Below are positions 41,978-54,710 of a stretch of DNA of 64,000 nucleotides, one piece after another. Both the position numbers and the translations under genes were made by a program. This DNA comes from Octopus vulgaris (lineage: Eukaryota): positions 16,368,001 through 16,432,000 of the forward strand of contig OX597835.1 in assembly GCA_951406725.2 (NCBI GenBank). Direction: 5' to 3'. The notes under the pieces were generated by a model. That model had not been told where the DNA came from, ran no database searches, and was given only the letters and a program-made list of their open reading frames with translations. Every line of letters begins with the position of its first letter. Positions within the stretch are counted from its first letter, which is position 1.

Positions 41978-43942
41978 GTGTAGGGGATCAATAGATAGAG
42001 GGTTCCCTAAAACTTTGGTTGGACAATATGGTGGTCTGATTTCAAATATATAGGAATAATATTAAAATGCCAATGACTTCTCAGACAAGAGCAAACTTAA
42101 TCCATTGATAATTATCATTAATACACACACAAAGAATGATGATGATGATGATGATAATATCATCTGCTTTTACTTCTGTATTTTGGGATTAATTTCTAAA
42201 TCCTTTAATCCTGAAAGTAGTGATGACAATGAAGAGATTCAGCTGATAAACTGTATCAAAAGTTAGTCAATAACATATAGGTATGGCACATATCGGGGAG
42301 GTGCTGGCACACACAAACATGCACTCACACACACACAAGTACACACACATCCAAGCACACACACACACACACACACAAGTACAAACACACAAACACAAGT
42401 AAACACAAAAACACACACATTCATGCATACACACATCCATACTCAAGTAAACACACACACACACGCAAGCACACACCTCTTTCAATGATAAAAAGCAAGC
42501 CTCTAGCCTGAAGCTGAGTAAAAAAATAAAAAAAAAGTGTGTTATTGATAATTTCAGATTTCAAGAACAATTCATCCAGATTTGTGTTGAGAAGATGAAT
42601 AACAATAATTTTACACATTTTATACATTTATATTTACGGCCTAGTAAAAGAAGCATACATTCTTTATATACATACATGCATTAGATATCTGATGTTTAAA
42701 TCTATTTAACACAGTAAAATAGCACCTTAGTAATATATATACTGCAATACCTACAGCAGACACACAATAATCAAAGCCCTATAAATATGTGTGTGTGTGT
42801 GTGGGTATGTACCCCCCACCCACACACACACAAAGCATGGTGGTATAACACTATTGTGAAATGCAATTAAACAATAGAAGCACCATCCGATTGTGGCCGT
42901 TGCCAGCCTCACCTGGCCCCCGTGCCGGTGGCTCGTTAAAAGCACCCACTACACTCACGGAGTGGTTGGTGTTAGGAAAGGCATCCAGCCGTAGAAACAT
43001 TGCCAGATCAGACTGGGCCTGGTGCAGCCTTCTGGCTTCCCAGACCCCTGTTGAACCGTCCAACCCATGCCAGCATGGAAAGCAGACGCTAAACGAAGAT
43101 GATGAAGATGATGAAATTACTAAATACTGTTAAATAAAGCAGAATAATATTCATTCAAAGCTGATTCTGAGCAGGTTGCCACTCAGAGTTTCTCATTCCT
43201 GATCCTCAGAGGAAACATCTTACTCTGAAGGAAGCATTCTTAATATACCCACTGATTGTGTGAGACAGACACACAGACTGACAGTGTGTGTACGTGCATG
43301 TGTGTATTGCTACAAAACACCACAAATCCACATTAACACAAATTTTAAAATAAAAAAAATATAGATGCCTTTAGATAACCTATGATTGACCTGACCCCGC
43401 TCCCTCTTATTTTAGCTTAATCCCCAATCAAAACAATATATAGATTATTTATAATTCAAATAATAAAACTAAATTAGGGAGACTAAGCTGCTACTTTTCT
43501 ATATAGAGCAGTCACAGCTCCAGTACTATGGACACATCATTAGAATGTCTCTGAAATGAATTGCAAGATGAATGCTTCCAAGTTGAACCACCCAGCAGGA
43601 GGCTTAAGGGGTAGATGAAGAATGACAAGGTTGAATAATGTCCATAAAGGTGGTGTTCCAGCATGGCTGCAGTCAAATGACTGAAACAAGTAAAAGAATT
43701 TAAAAAATAGTTTCAGTTGGCCATGCTTGGGAAACCAATAGGAACTATGGAAGAGTTGCTTCAGGACTCTACTCTTGTGACTTTCCCAGAAATAGTGGGC
43801 AGAGAAGATGAATAAAAAGGGGTCTTGCATTAGAGGAGAAACAGGGCTGCCAGTACTGGTGCCACATAAAAAGCACCCAGATAAAGTTGGCTCCCATAAT
43901 GTTAATAACAATACTCAGCTAATTGACTAATAAAGTATATAT

Positions 43943-44170
43943 TTCTTTATTGCCCACAAGGGGCTAAACACAGAGGGGACAAACAAGGACTGAGACATGG
44001 ATTAAGTCGATTACATCGACCCCAGTGCGTAACTGGTACTTATTAAATCGACCCTGAAAGAATGAAAGGCAAAGTCGGCCTCGGCGGAATTTGAACTCAG
44101 AACGTAGCTGCAGATGAAATACGGCTACGCATTTCGCCCGGCGTGCTAAGTTTCTGCCAGCTCGCCGCCT
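43943..44170 (-). mobile_element. SINE family A with TSD
   Basis: Family A sequence; flanking direct repeat taataaagtatat. Confidence 0.85.
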
Positions 44171-44299
44171 TAATAAAGTATATTCCTAACACTCCACTTC
44201 TACCTGGACCCACTCTTTACACACAAGCATTCATTTTCAATATTCTGCAGAGATATTTCTGGCCATGGGGAAATTATTACCATGCTTATTTGTTGTAAA

Positions 44300-44645
44300 C
44301 AGGAAGAATAACACCTTGTCTTGCAAACAACTTGCACATGCAAGTGCTACCAGTTAAAAGCTCCGTATATCGGAAGCTAGCAAGTGTATGGGGTCATCAG
44401 GAGAGAATGCGCGCCGTTTCGGGGGCTACCTCTCAACGGCATCAATGCGCACCGGCCCCCCCCCTCACTGATATGAGGCCCCGCTTGCTAGATCAGCTGG
44501 TTATGAAGAATTCAATATACTTCTAGCCATCGCTCATCGTCTCTTTTTAACCAAATCCCGTGGCTAGCCTTCTCCACTGTAGATTGGATATCAGTCATGG
44601 TGGTATTGACTTTACGATGAGTTAGGCCTAACGATAACAACATCG
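44300..44645 (-). mobile_element. 3' end of a restriction-like-endonuclease (R2-group, HERO-like) LINE with a structured 3' UTR
   Basis: Minus strand encodes LLSLGLTHRKVNTTMTDIQSTVEKASHGIWLKRDDERWLEVY*, matching the E[KR]AS.WIWL[KR]R...W C-terminus I associate with HERO-type elements. GC/CpG-rich 3' UTR with several hairpins; boundaries approximate. Confidence 0.65.
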
Positions 44646-45193
44646 AAACTCTGTCCGACCCATGCAAGCATGGAAAAGACATTGATCAAATGATGATGGT
44701 GATACACACACATACACACACACACACATTTTCTTTTCTTTTACGGGGCTGTGACCATGCTGGGGCACTGCCTTCAATGTTTTTCAGTCAGGCATACTTA
44801 TTTCCATCTGGTACATATTTTATTGATCAAAAAGCTGAGTTACATTATTAATATTATGCGAGGCAACTTGATACATGGGCTAATACTAAAATACACACAT
44901 ACACACACAGAAATCCACAAACCTAATTGCTAAGACCAGGAAAAATCAACAATTCAAAAGAACTAGATGGAAATTCAATGCAGAATATACGGGATTTATC
45001 CATATTTTTCTTTCAAACAGCAATGTGTTTCAACTATTAAAAGCCCTCTTCAGAGAAAAGCAAAAGAGAAAATCATGAACCTCCCTCTTTCTCTCTCCCT
45101 ATTTATATATGTGTTTGGTATAATATCTTTTATCTTTTACTTGCTTCAGTCATTGGACAGCAGCCATGCTGGGGCACTGCCTTGAAGGATTTT

Positions 45194-45604
45194 TCTACTA
45201 CATGGCTCAGAAACCTGGACGTTATCAAAGAAGCTTGAGAGGCGGTTGGATGGAACCTACACTCGCCTCCTTATGAGAGCTCAAAATCTCTCGTGGAAGC
45301 GTCATCCAACCAAAATGCAAATATATGGGAAACTACCACCTGTGTCATCTCTTGTGAAAGGTAGGAGAGTCCAGTTTGCTGGACATTGTTGTAGAGCTGA
45401 AAAAGAAGTAATTTCTACTCTTCTCCTTTGGAAGCCATCTACTCACAATACCAGAGGGCGCACACTCTCCTACCCTGATGTAATCTCCAGGGATATAGGC
45501 ATCCAGCAACAGGACCTCCGTAATGCCATGATGGACCGTGAAGTCTGGCGTAGCATGGTAAATTCCATTGTCTCGACCACAGTCGAACAATGATGATGAT
45601 GATG
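45194..45604 (+). mobile_element. 5'-truncated RTE-clade LINE (ORF C-terminus, (TGA)n tail) with 158-bp flanking direct repeats
   Basis: LLHGSETWTLSK...RLDG...LSW..H.T....RRVQFAGHCCR...RGR....MMDREVWRSMV; flanks 45036-45193 and 45605-45762 are near-identical. Confidence 0.88.
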
Positions 45605-45818
45605 ATTAAAAGCCCTCTTCAGAGAAAAGCAAAAGAGAAAGTCATGAACCTCCCTCTTTCTCTCTCCCTATTTATATAAGTGCTTGGAATAATATCTTTC
45701 ATCTTTCATTTGCTTCAGTCATTGGACAGCAGCCATGCTGGGGCAGCGCCTTGAAGGATTTTAGTCGAACAAATTGACCACAGGACTTATTTTTTAAAAC
45801 TTGGTACTTATTCAGGAA

Positions 45819-46193
45819 TGGCTGTGTGGTAAGTAGCTTGTTTACCAACCACATGGTTCCGGGTTCAGTCCCACTGCGTGGCACCTTGGGCAAGTGTCTT
45901 CTACTATAGCCTCGGGCTGACCAAAGCCTTGTGAGTGAATTTGGTAGACGGAAACTGAAAGAAGCCCGTCGTATATATGTATATATATGTATATATGTGT
46001 TTGTCCCCCTAGCATTGCTTGACAACCGATGCTGGTGTGTTAACGTCCCCATAACTTAGCGGTTCGGCAAAAGGGACCGATAGAATAAGTACTGGGCTTA
46101 CAAAGAATAAGCTCCGGGGTCGAGTTGCTCGATTAAAGGCGGTGCTCCAGCATGGTCGCAGTCAAATGACTGAAACAAGTAAAAGAGAGAGAG
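45819..46193 (+). mobile_element. SINE family B (young), nested in an older opposite-strand copy
   Basis: Full head-to-tail match. Confidence 0.85.
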
Positions 46194-46346
46194 TATTCTA
46201 TTGGTCCTTATTGCTAAACTGCTAATTTACCGTTGTCAAGCAGTGGTGGGGAACAAACAAAGACACACACACACACACACACATATACAGGTATGATAAT
46301 GCAAACAGGATAAACAGAACTCAATTAGTATATGTATATTTTTATT

Positions 46347-46693
46347 AATATTTAGCAGATGTAACAGAATAACTTGGGTCACAGAGTTTCATGTATTGGG
46401 GCTTATCAAACTAGTTGCGGGGGTCGAAGACCTGTGAGTTTATATATCTGGTGATAAATATATTTCCCTCTTTCTTTCTCTCTTTATTTATCTATGAATT
46501 GGCTTGTTGAACAACAATAATGGAAAAACTATTTGAATTATCCATAAAATTTTAAAATCATTATTATGATTTTAAAATTTTATCTAGAACCCAGAAAGAA
46601 ATATATTTATCACCAGTTATAAAAACTCACAGGTCATCAACCTGCAACTTGTTTGATAAATGGCAGTACCTTGAGTCACTCTGTTACTTCTGC

Positions 46694-46700
<7 letters not shown>
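46347..46700. repeat. Inverted repeat, ~100-120-bp arms around a ~130-bp spacer
   Basis: atatttagcagatgtaacaga...gacctgtgagtttt...ggtgataaatatattt vs aaatatatttatcacc...aactcacaggtc...tctgttacttctgctaaatat. Confidence 0.8.
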
Positions 46701-46741
<41 letters not shown>

Positions 46742-46771
46742 CATATACAAATGTTCAATGATGATGATGAT

Positions 46772-46826
<55 letters not shown>

Positions 46827-46852
46827 CATATACAAATGTTCAATGATGATGA

Positions 46853-46887
<35 letters not shown>

Positions 46888-47562
46888 GGGGCTTCTTTCC
46901 ATTTCTGTCTGCCAAATCCACTCACAAGGATTTGGTCAGTCCAAGGTTATAGTAAAAGACATTTGCCCAAGGTGCCATGCAGTGTGATTGAACCTGGAAC
47001 CATGTGGTTGGGAAGCAGGCTTCTTACCACACAGTTATGTCCATGTCTATACATAACAATTTATTTACAACTCCACATGGCTTATCAAAATCCTAATATA
47101 TGCACCCACAAAGCAAGCCTCACATGATAAGATCTGAGTTCTTTTTTTCTGTCTTCAGCCAAACTTATAAAATAGCTTTTACACACACACACACATACAC
47201 ACACAGATAAATATAATTATTTGCATATATAATTCTGTACAACAGTGATATTTTAAGCCTTGTGCGAAAATAATTCAGTAGCTTAGATTCTGAAAGAATT
47301 AACATGACACTAATAATGAACAGATTTTAAACCCAAAACTATTTTAGCAAAATGCTAAATATAAATTTTAATGTATTTAAATTCAAATTATATAATTATA
47401 TACATAATTATAACTACATAACCACAAATACATATGCATATATTTATTTATGATTAATTAACTTGACTATGAATAGAAGAGAGTCCCATCATAAGTAAAT
47501 GTTCATTATTACCTTGATTAACATCCCACACGCATGCAAATTAAATTGAGTTAATTATTTAA

Positions 47563-47783
47563 CCCTTTAGTGTTCAGAATACTCTGTTAAATGTAATACT
47601 TTTTCACTCAAATTGTTTTGAATTAATCATGCATTATCTTATAGCTTTGAGGTTTCAATGATGTGATTGCTTATTTTCAGAATGGCATTGTAGGTTAGGA
47701 GTGAGAGGCTAGATATCGCCAGTTTGAATATAAAACATGTAGAATATATTGGGCCGGATTTGGCCGGTTTAAACACTAAAGGG
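47563..47783 (+). mobile_element. piggyBac-like TTAA-MITE, family A
   Basis: TTAA TSD, CCCTTTAGTGTT/AACACTAAAGGG TIRs. Confidence 0.8.
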
Positions 47784-48222
47784 TTAAAGAACATTTACAG
47801 AGTTGGGAACTCAATACTGAGAGTAAAGTCAAATTTATTGCAAAATTCATGTTGATGGGAGGCTTTAATCTTTTGTTTTCCATTGTCCTGTTGAAATACA
47901 ATGCCTCGTATTTCAACAAATTTTGTAAGTAATGAAGAACTCAATAAATGCCTTAGTTATTATTAAACTGCTGTTTGAAAATTTCAAGGAAACATTTTAA
48001 CTTGGATCACTTTAAAATGGTAAGCTGGTAGCACAGAACTAGGGGGAAGTCTTGAAGGAGTTTGATTCAAAAGGTTAAGTTTCATCTGATGGTTTGTTCA
48101 CCTAAATGCCAGCCAGCTCTAATTTTACAATATATACATACATGAACATACATATGCTTACATATACATACAGACTTGTACGTAAATCAATGTACATTTA
48201 AACATGTACATATATATATATA

Positions 48223-48446
48223 TTTCTTTACTACCCACAAGGGGCTAAACACAGAGGGGACAAACAAGGACAGACAAAGTGATTAAGTCGATTATATCGA
48301 CCCCAGTGCGTAACTGGTACTTAATTTATCGACCCCAAAAGGATGAAAGGCAAAGTCGACCTCGGCGGAATTTGAACTTGGAACGTAACGACAGACGAAA
48401 TACGGCTACGCATTTCACCCGGCGTGCTAATGTTTCTGCCAGCTTG

Positions 48447-48448
<2 letters not shown>
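48223..48448 (-). mobile_element. SINE family A
   Basis: Family A sequence within (TA)n. Confidence 0.85.
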
Positions 48449-48496
<48 letters not shown>

Positions 48497-49707
48497 TACA
48501 TTTATACACACACAAGTTATTAATATTGCTGTATGTTAAGAGTAAAATGAAAAAACCATCTTAGAATCTTCTAGGCACATTATAAAAAAGGAGGGGTGGA
48601 GGCAAAGATTTCAACATATATACATGTCACTGATTCCTCGACTCTCTCTCTCTCTCTCTCACGCATACACACACGGCACTGGCCCCTTCAACACACGACA
48701 CTGCTCCCTGTAGCTCCCACTATCTTCATAAACAGGACATTTGATGAAGCAAAGTAGTTGAAGACATGATGTACAGCCTCGATATCTTTGCTCATCTCAG
48801 CAAAGTTCTTTTCCTTTATGGGCATTATAAACCATAAGGTGTCTATATAATCTGGATTGATCTCTCCAGGTAAGCATACTTTCACAGGAAACTACCTCAA
48901 TGGCTCACCCAATACGACCATTTTCTTCATAATAGTCAGGTTTATTATACAGCAGATGGCTGAAATTAAGACAGCTTTGTTTGGAACATGACCATAAAGT
49001 TGAAAATATCATCATAATTTTACAATAAATCAATACATCTATTATTATTATTATTATTATTGGCAGAGCTGTTAGCACACCAAACAAAAAGCTTAGCAAC
49101 ATTTTGTCTGTGTGTTCTGAATTCAAATTCTGCTGAGGTCGACTCTGCTTTTTCTCTTTTCAGGGTGAATAAAATAAGTATCAGTTGGGCATTGGGCCCT
49201 GGGGGTCAATGTAATCAACTTCCCCACCCTCAAAAATTACCGACCCGGTGCCAAAACAAGAAAGGACATTATTATTATTATTCTTCTACTTGTCTCTGCT
49301 TGTCCGGGTTTTTTTTTTGTCTGTGTGTTACACTTACGCCAAGGGAAGTAATCACTTGAATAGAGAAATATATATAGAGAGAGAGAAGGGTAGAAAAAGA
49401 GAGAGAGCGAGTGGGGGAGTCAAGATAAAATTATACTTGTGTGTTCAAATGGCAGGCACAATCAAAATGTTCAACATAATGAAACAATATCATGAAAATC
49501 TATTAATTTATGCACAGCTTTTGGTCTTGAACTAATAAAAGATAAAAGTGTAACAACCACGGTTATTTCACTTTAACTATCTATCAATATATGTGGCCAT
49601 GCTGGGGCACCGCCATTATTCATTTTTTTTTTTCTTCTTTTGTCATTAGGTTTAAATGCCTATCAGTATTATGAGAGTATACAGATATATATATATATAT
49701 ATATATG

Positions 49708-50093
49708 TGTGGAAGCACAATGGCCCAGTGGTTAGGGCAGCGGACTCGCGGTCATAGGATCGCAGTTTCGATTCCCAGACCGGGCGTTGTGAGTGTTTAT
49801 TGAGCGAAAACACCTAAACCTCCACGAGGCTCCGGCAGGGGATGGTGGTGATCCCTGCTGTAAATCTTTCACCACAACTTTCTCTCACTCTTACTTCCTG
49901 TTTCTGTTGTACCTGTATTTCAAAGGGCCGGCCTTGTCACTCTCTGTGTCACGCTGAATATCCCCGAGAACTACGTTGAGGGTACACGTGTCTGTGGAGT
50001 GCTCAGCCACTTACACGTTAATTTCACGAGCAGGCTGTTCCATTGATCGGATCAACCGGAACCCTCGTCGTCGTAACCGACGGAGTGCTTCCA
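49708..50093 (+). mobile_element. SINE family C
   Basis: Full-length copy in (TA)n. Confidence 0.88.
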
Positions 50094-51885
50094 TATATAT
50101 ATATATATATTGGTAGAAGGGAAAGTAGATATGATAGTTAATTAGCTAAATAGATATGTACATTGATGAGTCTAGAGATATATCAAGAGATATGTAGCTG
50201 AACTGAAAAGAAATGAAAATAATCTCAATTGGTAAATAACTTGAACTGAACTCTGGTCGCGGTTGGACAGTGAAAAATGTAGCTTTTTTTAAATATATAT
50301 GAATAAGTTTTATCATTTTAATTCATCTTTTACTTCCTTAAACTATAAAGCACATCACATCTGTCAGAGATATTAAAAGAAGTTAAATAAGCAATACCTT
50401 CAAAGTTCATTTTGATTACATTTAAAAGTACAGTTTTGATTAAATGGCAGGATTTCAAAATAATTTTTAGGAAATTCTTTGCTTGTGTTTAATACATTAA
50501 CATAATGTTTCCAAATATGCTGACCTACACCATGGAGACCCGCAAGTTGCTATTATTATTATCATCATTATTATTATTATTATTATTATTACTGGCAGAA
50601 TCATTAGCATACTGGAAAAAATGCTTAGAGGCATTTCATCTGTCTTTATGTTCTGAGTTCAAATTCTGCCAAGATAGATCTTGCCTTTCATCCTTTGGGG
50701 TGGGGGTCAATGAAAATAAGTACTAGTAGAGTACTGTAATTGAAATAGCCCTCTCCCCTAAAAATTTCATTATTTTATTGTTGTAGTAACCTCCACCTGT
50801 TTGTGTATAGCATTTTGTCTTTGACATTGTCCTCAGTGTCTTGGGCCCTTGTGGCCAATAAAAGAAACCATTATTGTTATTTTAGGAATCAACTAACCCC
50901 TCCCACAATGCTGCTGGCCTTGTGCCAAAATTTGAAGTTGTTGTTATAATTGTTATCATTATTATTTTATTATTATTATTACAACGGATACCACAATTCT
51001 AACCTTTATCACAGATTTTTGATTTGTCTCCAGTCTCCACAAAATATTTATTATAACTAGTATATATAACAGTAACTTATTAAAACTAGTAACTCATTTT
51101 ACTTCAGACTACCAACAACACCCAAAAAAAAAAAAAAAAAAAGAGAGGAAAAAACAAAACAAAAAAAAAAACAAAACCCACACTGAATTTCACTCATCTT
51201 GATGTTTTCTTTGCCTCAATATTTTATTTAGTCAGTTTTTCATCTGCTAAAGCAGCCAATTAAATTACACTACTTCAGCTAGAAAAGTGGTCGAAATAAA
51301 TCAATAATTGCAGAGAATCAAAGAGCAGAAACAGTAGACAGAGAAAGGGAGGGAGGGAGGGAGGGAGGTGAAGATTGAAAGAAAAATTAAGAGGAGATGT
51401 AATGAGTTGAGTTGAGGACAGAGACGGCAAGAGAAAGAAATAACGGCACAAGGTTCCAAGTAGCTGAATTCTTTATAAGATTATACCTAGAATTTGGACA
51501 ACAAACAAAACACAGCTTCCTCGTAGGTGGTCAATATTCAGACAGAATGGTCTTGTTGGTGAGGTCAGTCACTAATAAATACACCAGCCATCTATGTATC
51601 CAGCACTAATCAATAGATTTCTCTTCCTTTGCCATAAACTGATCAATAGTTTTAGTAATCAGTCTGTCCAAGCTATGTGCTGTCATATTAACTGTACTTA
51701 TACAACAAGTTGTTACATTGAAAATGTTCCACTCAGCTTAAGCTGTGGCCAACCGATTAATCAAGTAAATGCAAGTTTTTTGTCAAAAAACAGAAATATT
51801 TAAAATAAAAGAAAAAGAACAAAAAAAAGGGGGGGAGCGTGGAGTAAGAAATGAAAGGGAAAAAGAGAATTTCTTTTGAACTCAC

Positions 51886-52669
51886 CAAGTTGGTAAAACC
51901 CTGCTTCAGCAACCCATTCCCGGCTGGGCTTTTTGTGAGGCCAAGATTGGAAAGTGCGAATACGTTCATGAAGAGATGCATACCGAGGCATGGCAGGTGT
52001 AGAGGAGTAACCAGACGTGTGTTGAGCAGTGTGTTCTCCAGGATAAACAGGTGCAGTAGATGTTGGTAATGCTGTTAAGCTGAGGTTCTGAGAATATGGA
52101 TATTGGGATGGTAAAGCAGTTTGGATACTGAATGGAATTCGAACTGGAGTCGGCACACTGCTGGGCAACCTGCTGGTCAATGAATCACGCACGTCTGAAG
52201 TCCATCCATTCTGTGCAGCAGAATGTAAGCTAGAAAGTTGAGTCTGAGCTGTAGAATTCTGACCAAAACGGGTGCGAAGTGCAGCATACGGCACATAATC
52301 AGGTTGGGTAGCAGCTGTGTGGAACCTCTCGAAGCTGTCTGGCAGAAATGAGGGAAAGATGTGTGTCGAGTTGTAAATGCGATCGTTCATATCTCTCTCC
52401 TGGACAAACGGACAATAAGGAAAATGCCGCCTGTGTTCCTTCTCCACACTGTCTCCCAGCTGCCAGTCGTCAAGCATTCCTTGACAGTAGACACAGCGAA
52501 CACGGTCCCCAATGCCAGTGTACTCAAAGCCATTCTTAGCCAGCTCTATGGGACTAATGATGTGACTTTTAGGGAAATGAGCTGTCTGGAAGGTCTTCAG
52601 ACATGTCTGGTGATCTCTAGTGGTGTCACTAACATTAAGCATGGTGTTCAAACGGCTGACAGACTTCAT
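51886..52669 (-). CDS. Inhibitor of apoptosis (IAP/BIRC family) protein, first coding exon: complete BIR1, S/T/P-rich linker, N-terminal half of BIR2
   Basis: Translation has LKTF..FP....P.ELAKNGFEYTGIGDRVRCVYC...LDDW...D....EHRRHFPYCPF (intact C2HC zinc ligands) and YASLHERIRTFQSWP....EWVAEAGFYQLG (start of BIR2). An in-frame TGA directly precedes the ATG at 52669. A G|GTGAGT donor at 51886/51885 (phase 1) ends the exon. Confidence 0.93.
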
Positions 52670-52885
52670 TCAAAGTGAGGTTTTAAATCGCAGGTAGAAA
52701 GAGATATGACCACACTAGGGCGATAAGAAGCAGGCTAGGCTGTAGCCAACGTAGCTAGTAGTAGATGTCGTTGTCAAATCATTTTCCTTGCCTTTCCTTG
52801 TTATCATCAACACTGTGACATGAGACAGCAATAAGGCGGTTGCAACGTTTACAGAATCCAGGCTTTCCAACAGTAGAAGACCTAT
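52670..52885 (-). other. 5' UTR part of the IAP exon, with splice acceptor and two short uORFs
   Basis: Minus strand reads ttcttttttcttttacttctttcAG|atagg (polypyrimidine tract, AG at 52887-52886). uORFs ATG-TCA-CAG-TGT-TGA and ATG-ATT-TGA lie before the main ATG. Confidence 0.7.
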
Positions 52886-52974
52886 CTGAAAGAAGTAAAA
52901 GAAAAAAGAACAAAATTAACACAATTAGATTAATATATAAACATGATATAAATGTATATAAACAATACACAAAC

Positions 52975-53345
52975 ATAAATATACATATCTAAAGATAGTA
53001 TAATTACATAAATATACATACATAATTACATATATATATATATCTACCTAATATATATACATATCTAAAGACAGCATAATTACATAAATATACATAATTA
53101 CATATATATATATCTACCTAATATATATACATATCTAAAGATAGTATAATTACATAAATATACATACATAATTACATATATATATATATCTACCTAATAT
53201 ATATACATATCTAAAGACAGCATAATTACATAAATATACATAAATATATATATCTACCTAATATATATAGATATCTAAAGATAGTATAATTACATAAATA
53301 AAAATACATAATTACACATATATATATATCTACCTAATATATATA
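52975..53345. repeat. AT-rich minisatellite, ~60-65-bp unit
   Basis: atatctaaagatagtataattacataaat...tctacctaatatat recurs ~6 times, just upstream of the IAP acceptor. Confidence 0.85.
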
Positions 53346-53793
53346 CACACACATTTGTAAACACATACACACACATATAACAAAAGCTTTAAATATACCA
53401 GTAGAAGACATAATTAACATTTAAATATAGTTTGTCAGCTTTTACAGTTATGGCATATGATACACACAATGATTAATATACTGTGACACAGATCCATACC
53501 AACAAGTTATTCACACACAAAAAAAAATTGAAATGGAACAGGGATATGATTAACAGAAAAGGACAAATAAATGGGGAAATTTTCTACAGAGCCATGGAGA
53601 CCAGACTAAGCAAAGTTTCAGCATGTTTAAAGTCCAGAGACTTTAATTCCGTGGTACTACGCCTCTGCTTTTGTCGGTGATATAGAGAATACAACTTGAG
53701 CTGATGGACAAACGGACTGAAAGTGAAGAGGGACAGCAATATACAATCGGACAGAAACAATTCAGCAACAGGATACAAAAATAGGCACAGGAG

Positions 53794-53956
53794 TGGCTGT
53801 GTGGTAAGTAGCTTGCTTCCCAACCACATGGTTCTAGGTTCAGTCCCACTGCGTGGCACCTTGGGCAAAGTGTCTTCTACTATAGCCTTGTGTGCCGATC
53901 AACGCCTTGTGAGTGGATTTGGTAGGCGGAAACTGAAAGAAGCCTGTCGTATATAC

Positions 53957-54035
<79 letters not shown>

Positions 54036-54221
54036 TCCTCCCCAACATTGTTTGACAACCGATGCTGGTGTGTTTATGTCCCTGTAACTTAGCGGTGCAG
54101 CAAAAGAGACCGATAGAATAAGTACTAGGCTTACAAAGAATAAGTCCTGGGGTCGATTTGCTCGACTTAAGGCGGTGCTCCAGCATGGCCACAGTCAAAT
54201 GACTGAAACAAGTGAAAGAGT
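53794..54221 (+). mobile_element. SINE family B with long (TG)n
   Basis: Full head-to-tail match. Further partial copies at 11090-11230, 27085-27234, 33925-34246, 39790-40050 and 46889-47034. Confidence 0.85.
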
Positions 54222-54381
54222 CAAGAGTATACATACACATATAAAATATGGGGGTTTAGTTCACAGGTGATCTAAACGATTACTTATCCAAGGTAAGTAC
54301 TGTAATGGATTACCAGGGCTCCAAGGTTATGGCCGAGACGGTAGTTATGGAGCCATTGCAGATTTTCGATATAATGGATAT

Positions 54382-54696
54382 CACCGTGATCACCGTGACC
54401 GACCAGGCTATCAGATGTTGTTACACATCGCTGGTCACAATGCGCTTCGCATTGTTTTAGCCTTCAAATGATGCCACCCCGCTGGCTAAGCGAGCAGGCC
54501 AACAGAAGAAAGAGTGAGAGAAAGTTGTGGCGAAAGAGTACAGCAGGGATCGGGATCGCCACCACCCCCTGCCGGAGCCTTGTGGAGCTTTAGGTGTTTT
54601 CGCTCAATAAACACTCACAACGCCTGGTCTGGGAATCGAAACCGCGATCCTACGACAATGAGTCCGCTTCCCTAACCACTAGGCCATTGCGCCTCC
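54382..54696 (-). mobile_element. SINE family C' (same head as C, different 3' tail)
   Basis: 11-bp TSD ataatggatat; tail ...ggtcggtcacggtgatcacggtg. Confidence 0.85.
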
Positions 54697-54710
54697 ATAA
54701 TGGATATATA

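Noticed and set aside
48688-48959. Protein-like short ORF and a 51-nt AG..GT candidate exon (48909-48959, minus) as the IAP continuation
   Set aside because: In phase 1 it reads AICCIINLTIMKKMVVL, not the second half of a BIR; no recognisable domain.
49708-49785. tRNA genes at SINE heads
   Set aside because: A/B boxes are present, but they are joined to SINE bodies and tails with TSDs and do not form a full cloverleaf.
51800-51885. Hydrophobic C-terminus of the 289-aa ORF suggesting a membrane anchor
   Set aside because: Lies past the GTGAGT donor; it is intron read-through.
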